From positions 1-35,265 of the forward strand of contig JBGAOA010000043.1 in the NCBI GenBank assembly GCA_044222065.1: a stretch of 35,265 bases of DNA. Direction: 5' to 3'. This document shows positions 20,549 to 27,878 of this stretch, one piece after another. The stretch's first letter is position 1, and every line of letters starts with the position of its first letter. The notes beneath the pieces are model-generated. The model made no database searches. It was given only the letters and a program-made list of their open reading frames with translations, and was not told where the DNA came from. The stretch is from Candidatus Eiseniibacteriota bacterium (GTDB lineage: Bacteria; Eisenbacteria; RBG-16-71-46). The translations under genes were made by a program, and so were the position numbers.

Positions 20549-22421
20549 GGGTCACCTCGTGGACGGAGAGGGGCAGCGGGTGGAGCGTGCCGGCGAGGGC
20601 CGCGAACGAAGCGGCGAACGCACCGGCGGGACGGGGGAAGGAAGGCGCGTAGGCGCCGTCGCCCTCGCGGGGCGTGGTCTTGTGACAGTCTTCGCAGCGC
20701 TTGCCGAGCGGCCGGTAGACGACGCGCGACTTGCCGTTCGGGAGCGTCAGGCTCGGGTGGCAGTCCGCGCACGCGACCTTGAGGTGCGCGCCCTCGAGCT
20801 TGTACGAGGCGCCCTTCACGTGGTCGAAGCGGCTCGCGGGCTTCCACGCGAGCCCGTCGTGACACGACTCGCACACGCCCTTGTCCTTGCGTTCGGCGAA
20901 TTGCTCGCCGTGCGGGCTCTGCGGTCCGTGGCACGCGACGCACGTGCGCTTCGGCTCCTCGAACTTGAGCGCGCGCGCGCCCGCGGTGTCGGCCTTGAGC
21001 GTGCGCGCGCCCGGCACGGCGGCGAGTTCGCCGTGGCACGACTGGCACGGCGTCGCGCGATGCGCGCCATCGAGCGCGAACGCGAACTTCGCGTGCGCCG
21101 TGAGATCCACGCCGGACGGACGGAAGCCGTCGTGCGTGTGGCAGTCGAGACATTCCTTCGCGTGCGGGCGGTTGCCGCCGGGCGAGAAGCGGCCGGCGTG
21201 CGGGTCGCGGTGGCAGTCCACGCACTTCGCGCGCGCCGGGCGCATCGCGACGCGCGCCGTGCCGAGCGTCGCGGCGAGCTTCGATCCGGCGGGCGCCTTC
21301 GAGTGGCACTTCTCGCACGCCGCCGCCGCGTGCTTGCCCTCGAGCGGGTACGGCGTCGTCTGGTGCTGGGCGAGCGTGTAGATCGAGCGTTCGAATCCGG
21401 AGACGTCGTGGCACGCGGCGCAGTCGGCGGGCTTGCCCGCGAGCGTCGCCTGGCCGTTGTGAGCGTCCTTGTGGCAGTCGGTGCACTTCGCGAACAGCGG
21501 CTTCGGCCCCCACGCGGTCTTCTCGTCGTGGCACTTCTCGCACGCGACACCCTGGTGCTTGCCGCGCAGCGGGTAGCGCGTCTGGTCGTGGTTGAAGCCC
21601 GTCGACTTGATGCGGTGGAAGTCGTCCGTCACGTGGCAGCTCGCGCACGCGCCCTTGAAGCGGCCCGCGTGCGGGTCCTTGTGACAGTTCACGCAGTCCG
21701 CGTGCGGCAGCGGCTTCCACAGCGGCACGGGCTGGCCCTTCGCGTCGAGCGGCCGGCCGAGCGCCGCCGCCGCGTGGCACTTCGCGCACTCGACCTTCGC
21801 GTGCTTGCCCGTGAGCGGGAACTTCGTCTTCGCGTGGTCGAACTCCTTCTGCGCCGAGGACCAGTCCACGAACGTGTGGCACTGGAGGCAGTCCTTGCCG
21901 AGCTGCCCCTGGTGCGGGTCGCCGTGGCACGACTCGCAGTTCGTCTCGAGTCCGAGCCACGACTTCGCGCGGTCCTTCTTGCGGATGAGCTTCACGACCG
22001 CCGACTTCTGGTTCTTCGGCGCGTGGCACTTCTCGCACGCGAGCTTCGCGTGAGCGTCCTTCAGCTCGTAGCCGGTCTCGAGGTGATCGAACTTCTCCTT
22101 CGATCCCGCGTCCCACTTCACGAGCTGGAAGTCGCGCCCGGCGTGGTCCGGGTGGCACTTCGCGCAATCGCGCTTCGCCTTCGAGGCGTGGTAGCCGCGC
22201 TTCGCCGTCAGCATGCCCGCGATCTCCGTGTGGCAGTCGAGGCAGCGCTGGTCCATCGCGCCGGCGCCGCCGCGCGAATGGCACTGCAGGCACTTCGTCT
22301 GCGCGTCGAGTTCGGCGTGCGGGGCGCTGAGCGGACCCGGTGAGAGCTGGGCGCGTGCGGCGCCGGGTGCGCCGGCGAGGAGCAGCAGCAGGAGGAGGGC
22401 GCGCGCATGCCGGGGCCTCAC
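20529..22421 (-). CDS. 20-heme c-type cytochrome, Lys-rich, probably periplasmic, 630 aa
   Basis: 20 CxxCH motifs counted; signal peptide ending AARA followed by QLSPGPLS..H; FDH..T.[FY]PL.GKH repeats; GTG overlaps the upstream TGA. Confidence 0.95.
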   Translation of the reverse strand: MRPRHARALLLLLLLAGAPGAARAQLSPGPLSAPHAELDAQTKCLQCHSRGGAGAMDQRCLDCHTEIAGMLTAKRGYHASKAKRDCAKCHPDHAGRDFQLVKWDAGSKEKFDHLETGYELKDAHAKLACEKCHAPKNQKSAVVKLIRKKDRAKSWLGLETNCESCHGDPHQGQLGKDCLQCHTFVDWSSAQKEFDHAKTKFPLTGKHAKVECAKCHAAAALGRPLDAKGQPVPLWKPLPHADCVNCHKDPHAGRFKGACASCHVTDDFHRIKSTGFNHDQTRYPLRGKHQGVACEKCHDEKTAWGPKPLFAKCTDCHKDAHNGQATLAGKPADCAACHDVSGFERSIYTLAQHQTTPYPLEGKHAAAACEKCHSKAPAGSKLAATLGTARVAMRPARAKCVDCHRDPHAGRFSPGGNRPHAKECLDCHTHDGFRPSGVDLTAHAKFAFALDGAHRATPCQSCHGELAAVPGARTLKADTAGARALKFEEPKRTCVACHGPQSPHGEQFAERKDKGVCESCHDGLAWKPASRFDHVKGASYKLEGAHLKVACADCHPSLTLPNGKSRVVYRPLGKRCEDCHKTTPREGDGAYAPSFPRPAGAFAASFAALAGTLHPLPLSVHEVTRAAIRI

Positions 22422-23854
22422 GTCTCGGCCCCGGCCGCAGCGCGCGACTCCGTCGCGATCGCGATTTCCTTTCGCACGATGCGGATCCCGAGGCGTTGGA
22501 GGAATGGGGTCGGCGCTTCACCGCCGATGCGCACGATCACGGCGTCGTTCTGCAGCACGTGGAGGGCGCCCTGGTACTCGAGGACGACGACGTCCTCGCG
22601 GATTTCCTTCACCTGGCTCTCGAGCAGCAGGTGCACGGTCTTGTTCTGCACCGCCTCGTCGAGCTTCTTGCGGTTGCGCTCCTTCGCGCGGCTGAAATCC
22701 GTGCCGCGATAGGACAGCACGACGTGCGTGCCCTCCTGGTTCGCGAGCCCGAGCGCGGACTCGATCGCGCTGTCGCCGCCGCCGACCACGACGACGCGCT
22801 GTCCCTCGAACGCCTCCATCTCGACGATGTCGTAGAGCACCTTGTCGAGGTGCTCGCCCGGGACGCCGAGCTTGCGCGGGGTGCCGCGGCGGCCCATCGC
22901 GAGCACGACGCGGCGGCCGTGCCACGAATGGCCCGTGTCGCACGTGAGCTCGAACACGTCGCCGGGGCGCTCGATCTTGACGACGCGCTCGCCGGTGCGG
23001 ACGTGCAGGCCGGTCTCCTGGATCACCTTCGTCCAGACCGCGAGCAGCTCTTCCTTCGTGCCGTCGGCGATCCACAGGTCGCCGTACATCGGCACGCGGA
23101 TCGGCTCGGCGAACAGCAGCTTCTTGCGCGGGTACTTGCGGATCGTGTCCGACAGCGAGCCCTGCTCGACGACCATGTAGGACAGCCCGCACTGGTGCGC
23201 CTCGAGTCCGGCGCTGATGCCGGCGGGGCCCGAGCCGACGATCAGCACGTCGAACACGTCGAGCCTCCCGTCGCTGCGCGGCTGGTGCGGCGGCAGCTCC
23301 TTCGCGACGTGCTCGATCGCGAGCCGCCCTTCGTTCACCGCGTTCTTGATGAGGCCGCGGCCGCCGAGCTCGCCGACGACGTAGAGCCCCGGCACGTTCG
23401 ATTCGAAGTTCACGTTGACGTGCGGCACCTCGACCCGCTGCACCGACGCGCCGCTCGTGAGCGCGATGCCGCCGACCGGGCAGGCCGCGACGCACGAGCC
23501 CGCGCCCTCGCAGCGCTCGGTGTTCACGACCGCGAGCTTGTGCACCATCTGGATCGCGCCCGGGTGCGGGCACGCGTCCACGCACGTGCCGCAGCCGACG
23601 CACATGTCGGCGCGCACGATCGCGTGCAGCTTCTCGCCGGCATCGGGGGTGTCCTCGACGATCTTCGCCGCGACGATCTCGAACGCCTGCAGCGGCGCGC
23701 CGCACTCGGTGCAGATCTCGGTGCCCTGCAGCAGCGTCGCGCTGCAGCGCGGGCACGCCACGCTCCGGATCGGCGCCTCGGCGGACTTCTTGCGCACCTG
23801 GAGCACGACGAAAAGCGTCGTCAGCACGAAGAAAGCGATCGTCGTGTAGAGCAT
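22418..23854 (-). CDS. Membrane-anchored zinc-ribbon + dicluster ferredoxin + thioredoxin-reductase-like FAD/NAD(P)H oxidoreductase
   Basis: N-terminal TM; CPRC..CTEC; CVGCGTCVDACP and CEGAGSCVAACP; SNVPGLYVVGE; IVGSGPAG; VVLAMG; VVGGGDSA; TAGGAG RBS. Confidence 0.9.
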   Translation of the reverse strand: MLYTTIAFFVLTTLFVVLQVRKKSAEAPIRSVACPRCSATLLQGTEICTECGAPLQAFEIVAAKIVEDTPDAGEKLHAIVRADMCVGCGTCVDACPHPGAIQMVHKLAVVNTERCEGAGSCVAACPVGGIALTSGASVQRVEVPHVNVNFESNVPGLYVVGELGGRGLIKNAVNEGRLAIEHVAKELPPHQPRSDGRLDVFDVLIVGSGPAGISAGLEAHQCGLSYMVVEQGSLSDTIRKYPRKKLLFAEPIRVPMYGDLWIADGTKEELLAVWTKVIQETGLHVRTGERVVKIERPGDVFELTCDTGHSWHGRRVVLAMGRRGTPRKLGVPGEHLDKVLYDIVEMEAFEGQRVVVVGGGDSAIESALGLANQEGTHVVLSYRGTDFSRAKERNRKKLDEAVQNKTVHLLLESQVKEIREDVVVLEYQGALHVLQNDAVIVRIGGEAPTPFLQRLGIRIVRKEIAIATESRAAAGAET

Positions 23855-23869
23855 GGCGCGGGCGTTCTC

Positions 23870-24808
23870 CTACATCCCGACCGCGCCGACCCACAGCGCG
23901 ACGACGACGTGGATGAGCACCGCGAGCAGCGCGGTGATCGAGAACGGCCGGTGGGCGACGTGCCACAGGGCGAACACCTTGCGCGTGCCCTCGAGCATGC
24001 GGGCCTGCTGGTGCAGCGCGATCTCGCGCCGCGCGAGCCGCAGCACTTCGCGCAGCGTCTCGCCGCTGATCGGCGAGGGGCCCGAGCGCCGCGACGTCAG
24101 GTGGCCGCGCAGCGCTGCGATCGCGCGCCGGCGGCGGAGGTCGTCCGAGACGAGGCGGCGCACGGTGCCGAGCAGGCCGAGCCCCGCATACGTGCGCGTG
24201 TCCGGCGCGAGCACCTTCTCGATCTCGCGCGGGTCGAATCCGGTCGCGGCCGCGATGCGCGTGATGAGCGCCCGCCGCTCGCCGGCCGTTTCCTCGGCGG
24301 TCAGTTCGGCGCCGTCACGGCCGCGCGGGATGTGCGTGTAGAGGTAGCGTCCGACGAGCCCGCTCAGCGACACGACGAACATGGACAGGTAGCCGAGCCC
24401 GATGAGCCCGTCGAAGCGCCAGCTCGCGTGCACCGCGACGATCAGCGGAATGAGCAGACCGACGACGCTGTGCACCTGGATCCACGCGCCAACCGGCCCC
24501 GTCCACGACAGCCAGCTGAACTTGCGCCGCAGCGGGTAGAGCCACATGAACACGAACAGGCCGAACCCGATGAAGCCGAGCGCGAGTCCGAGCGGCCCCG
24601 AGGACTTGAGAGCGGGATGCAGGTCGGAGCGCAGCCGGGCCGCGCGATCGAGCAGGTAATAGGGCAGCCCGAAGGCCGTGATCGCCGCGGGGATCGAGAA
24701 CACCACGAAGATCGCGATGGCCCTGAAACCCGGCAATTTGAAAGCGGTACGGCGGACCTCGGGGGCGCCGAGGATGTCGGTCGTGGACGTCAATTGTGCA
24801 TCCTGCAA
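23870..24808 (-). CDS. Integral membrane protein with TM histidines (ferric-reductase / cytochrome b-like)
   Basis: About 5 hydrophobic helices; WIQVH, AVHAS, SGLVGRYLY, WHVAHRPF and LIHVV; start codon uncertain (TTG 24808). Confidence 0.75.
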   Translation of the reverse strand: MQDAQLTSTTDILGAPEVRRTAFKLPGFRAIAIFVVFSIPAAITAFGLPYYLLDRAARLRSDLHPALKSSGPLGLALGFIGFGLFVFMWLYPLRRKFSWLSWTGPVGAWIQVHSVVGLLIPLIVAVHASWRFDGLIGLGYLSMFVVSLSGLVGRYLYTHIPRGRDGAELTAEETAGERRALITRIAAATGFDPREIEKVLAPDTRTYAGLGLLGTVRRLVSDDLRRRRAIAALRGHLTSRRSGPSPISGETLREVLRLARREIALHQQARMLEGTRKVFALWHVAHRPFSITALLAVLIHVVVALWVGAVGM

Positions 24809-24887
24809 GAAAGAGGACGGCGAAACGCGCGGAAGACCTGCGGAATCAGGGAAATCCCGTAGGCCGAGCGTGGTTGCCGCTACATCG

Positions 24888-24902
24888 GCAAGGTCGGTGC
24901 CA
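24888..24902 (-). promoter_or_regulatory. Sigma-54 (-24/-12) promoter of the cytochrome operon
   Basis: Minus strand reads (C)TGGCAC-CGACC-TTGC, matching TGGCAC-N5-TTGC, about 80 bp upstream of the first gene. Confidence 0.8.
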
Positions 24903-25098
24903 GAGGTTTAGGCGAGATACACCGCCTGGGGCCGGGCGCTTCACTTCGGTCGTGAAAACCGCTGAAACGCCTTGCGGGCCGGAGAGACTGCGTGGGGCGG
25001 GGAGAGTACCGGAACGAGGTCGCAGCACGAGAGAGAAATCGCGTTTGGGGCGCGACGGGCGCGAACCCTCGGCCCCGCGCGCACTGCGCTCCGCGCGT

Positions 25099-25127
25099 TT
25101 GCCGCCCCCGAGGGGCGCGGCTATTCT
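25099..25127 (+). promoter_or_regulatory. Sigma-70-type promoter of arginase, probably leaderless
   Basis: TTGCCG-17 bp-TATTCT, ending 9 nt before ATG 25137; no SD. Confidence 0.65.
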
Positions 25128-25136
25128 GCGCCGCCC

Positions 25137-26057
25137 ATGGCCACCAAGAAGCGGAACATCGAAATCATCGGCATCCCCGTCGACCTCGGCGCCGGACGGC
25201 GCGGGGTGGACATGGGGCCGTCCGCGATCCGAATCGCCGACCTCGAGCCGCGGCTCGAGGCGCTCGGCCACAAGGTCGTGGACTTCGGCGACATCGACGT
25301 GATGATCGCCGAGACGCAGAAGGTCGGCGCGACCAAGCTGCGCTACAAGGCGCCCATCCTGGCCGCGTGCGAGGAGCTTCGGAAGCAGGTCGAGCGCAGC
25401 CTCGGGGAGACCCGGCTGCCGCTCGTGCTCGGCGGCGACCACTCGATCGCGATCGGCTCGGTCGCGGGCTCGAGCAACCACCACGCGCGCCAGAACGAGA
25501 GCATCGGCCTCATCTGGTTCGACGCCCACGGCGATGCGAACACGCCCGAGACGACGCCGAGCGGCAACATCCACGGCATGTCGCTCGCCGTGTCGCTCGG
25601 CCTCGGCGATCCGGATCTCGTGAACCTGGGCGGCCGCGCGCCCAAGGTGCACCCGAGCAACACCGTGCTGATCGGCGCCCGCGATCTCGACCCGGGCGAG
25701 CGCACGACGCTCAAGAAGAGCGGCGTCACGGTGTACACCATGCGCGACATCGACGAGCGCGGCATGAAGGAAGTCGTGGACGAGGCGATGGCGATCGCGA
25801 GCGACGGCACGGCGGGCATCCACCTGTCGTTCGACCTCGACGTCGTGGACCCCGAAGACGCGCCGGGAACCGGAACGCCGGTGTGGGGCGGCATCACGTA
25901 TCGCGAGGCGCATCTCGCGATGGAGCTGCTCTCGGACCGCGCGACGATCATCGCCGTGGATCTCGTCGAGGTGAATCCGGTCATCGACAGCCAGAACATG
26001 ACCGGGATCCTCGCGGCCGAACTCGCGCAGAGCGTGCTCGGCAAGCGCATCCTGTAG
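25137..26057 (+). CDS. rocF: Arginase
   Basis: GVDMGPSAIR, GGDHS, DAHGD, TPSGNIHGM, SFDLDVVDP and VEVNP Mn-binding motifs; start ATG 25137. Confidence 0.95.
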   Translation: MATKKRNIEIIGIPVDLGAGRRGVDMGPSAIRIADLEPRLEALGHKVVDFGDIDVMIAETQKVGATKLRYKAPILAACEELRKQVERSLGETRLPLVLGGDHSIAIGSVAGSSNHHARQNESIGLIWFDAHGDANTPETTPSGNIHGMSLAVSLGLGDPDLVNLGGRAPKVHPSNTVLIGARDLDPGERTTLKKSGVTVYTMRDIDERGMKEVVDEAMAIASDGTAGIHLSFDLDVVDPEDAPGTGTPVWGGITYREAHLAMELLSDRATIIAVDLVEVNPVIDSQNMTGILAAELAQSVLGKRIL

Positions 26058-26088
26058 CGCGGCCGCAGCGCCGCGAACCGGAGGGGCC

Positions 26089-26559
26089 GTGGGCCGCCGG
26101 CACGTCGTTCGACTCGTCGTCCTGCTCGTCTTCGCCCTGATCGGGCTGCTGTACCGCTCGGTCACGCACGTGCCGGCGCCGCCGCGCGAGGCCGGAACGA
26201 CGGCCACGCCGGCGCCGCGCGCCGAACCGCCCGCCACGGCAGCGCCGATCTCGCATTCCGAGATCGGATTCCGTTCGGACGAGCGCCTGCGCGAGCACTT
26301 CGAGAAGCACGGCGCCGAGTTCGGCGCCGCGAGCGCCGCCGACTACCTCGCGCGCGCGCAGGCGCTGCGCGACGCGCCCGCGGGCGGCGACGTGCTCGAA
26401 GAGACGCGCGCCGACGGCGTCACGTGCCGCTTCGACCGCGCGAGCGGGGCGTTCCTCGCGTTCGATCGCGATCTCGTGATCCGCACGTACTTCCGCCCGA
26501 ACGACGGCGAGCGCTACTTCCGCCGCCAGCTCGAACGCGAGCACCGGTCCGGGCGATGA
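26089..26559 (+). CDS. Membrane-anchored/exported protein with a domain resembling BECR-fold RNase toxins
   Basis: GGAGG RBS, N-terminal TM, Pro/Ala/Thr linker, HFEKHGAEFG...DYL...FD...F......IRTYFRP pattern. Family assignment is from memory. Confidence 0.55.
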   Translation: MGRRHVVRLVVLLVFALIGLLYRSVTHVPAPPREAGTTATPAPRAEPPATAAPISHSEIGFRSDERLREHFEKHGAEFGAASAADYLARAQALRDAPAGGDVLEETRADGVTCRFDRASGAFLAFDRDLVIRTYFRPNDGERYFRRQLEREHRSGR

Positions 26560-26966
26560 ACGACCGCGAGGAATCCGTCCGGGAGTTCCTGCGCCGCCGC
26601 GGCGCCCCCGACACGGTCGTCGCGCGCGGCCTCGAGGGCCTCGTCGAGCAGTGGAGCCGGACGGCGCGCGCGCTCGAGCGCGGCTACGCGTACGGGCTCG
26701 ACGACTACCTGAACGACCTCGACGCGCGCCAGCTCATCGAGGAGGCGCTCGAGTTCGCGGCGCTGCACGAGATCGAGCGAGTGCGCGAGGCGCTCGAGGC
26801 GGCCGACGCGATGGCGCGCGCGGCGCTCGAGCCGAGCGCGCGCTGCGTGTGGGGCGAGGGCTCGGCGCGCTACCACGGCTGGTCGGCGGAGCGGAACTGG
26901 TGGTACTTCGCCGTGCCGAAGCACCCGGGCGAGGACCTCGCCGCGGAGCTGCGCGAACGGTCGTAG
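26556..26966 (+). CDS. Small acidic hypothetical protein, possible immunity-like partner
   Basis: ATG overlaps the upstream TGA (ATGA); 136 aa with GYAYGLDDYLNDLDAR and WWYFAVP. Confidence 0.65.
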   Translation: MNDREESVREFLRRRGAPDTVVARGLEGLVEQWSRTARALERGYAYGLDDYLNDLDARQLIEEALEFAALHEIERVREALEAADAMARAALEPSARCVWGEGSARYHGWSAERNWWYFAVPKHPGEDLAAELRERS

Positions 26967-26973
26967 GCGCGCG

Positions 26974-27840
26974 CTACCTCGCTCCGCCCTCCAGCCGGTC
27001 GAGCGCGCGCTTCACCATCGCCTGCACGCGCTCGTCGCCGGGGTGCGCGGCGCGCACCGTCTCGAGCCGCACGCGTCCCGAGTCGACCTGTCCGAGCGCG
27101 GCGTAGGCGCGCGCGGCGATCGAGGCGCGGCGCAGCTCGAAGCGCACGTTGTCCTTCGGTCCCTCGAGCGCGTCCGCGGCGAGCAGCGCGCCGCGCGCGT
27201 CCCCGAGGTCCTCGAGGCGCGACTCGACGCTCAGGAACTTCACGTCGGCGTCTTCGGGATGCTCGCGTGCGAGTTCCGCGACCCAGCGCGCGGCGTCCTC
27301 CTTCGCACCCGCGTCGCGGGCCTGCATCGCGTTGTGGTAGAGCGCGGCGTTCATCAGGTGTCCGAGATCGGCGGGGTCGCCCGAACGCAGGCCGACGCCG
27401 CCCGCGTAGGAGTACACGAGCTTGCCGCCCGCTTCGCCCGCGGCGTACACGCGCGTCACCGCGAACAGGCCGACCGCGGCCGCGAGCACGCGCGCTGCGG
27501 CCGCCGCCTTCGGCCAGCGCAGGAGCGCGAGCGCCGCCAGTTCCACCGCGCCGAGCACGAACAGCCACTGGTGCGCGGACTCGCCGGCCTCTTCGTGCTC
27601 CTGCACCGCCTCGCGCGCGCCGGGCACGCGCTCCGCCGGACCGTGCGCCGCGAATCCCGACTTCGCCGCCGGATACGACGCGACCGCTGCGATCAGCAGC
27701 AGCGTCGCCGCCATCGGCCCGAGGAACGTCACGCGTCCGCCGGTCGGGACGAGCGACAGCACGCGCGCGGCGACGCCGACGACGGACAGCGCGACGACGA
27801 AATGGACGAGCTGCGGATGGAACGGAGCGAGGTCTGGCAC
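26974..27840 (-). CDS. DUF2231-like membrane protein with C-terminal TPR-like helices
   Basis: GGGAGG RBS before GTG 27840; FHPQLVHF motif, four TMs, EHEEAG, GGKLVY..GVG, helical tail. Confidence 0.75.
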   Translation of the reverse strand: MPDLAPFHPQLVHFVVALSVVGVAARVLSLVPTGGRVTFLGPMAATLLLIAAVASYPAAKSGFAAHGPAERVPGAREAVQEHEEAGESAHQWLFVLGAVELAALALLRWPKAAAAARVLAAAVGLFAVTRVYAAGEAGGKLVYSYAGGVGLRSGDPADLGHLMNAALYHNAMQARDAGAKEDAARWVAELAREHPEDADVKFLSVESRLEDLGDARGALLAADALEGPKDNVRFELRRASIAARAYAALGQVDSGRVRLETVRAAHPGDERVQAMVKRALDRLEGGAR

Positions 27841-27878
27841 GGTGCCTCCCGGAGCGAGACGGACGGCGATGCGGCGGA

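Noticed and set aside
16318..22421. Naming the cluster mtrCAB, omcS or pcc
   Set aside because: Heme counts (20 and 34), the repeat unit and the barrel size do not match those families, so no gene symbol is supportable.
22418..23854. Calling the flavoprotein thioredoxin reductase (trxB)
   Set aside because: It has no active-site CxxC in the NAD(P) domain, a permuted order, and extra FeS and TM domains.
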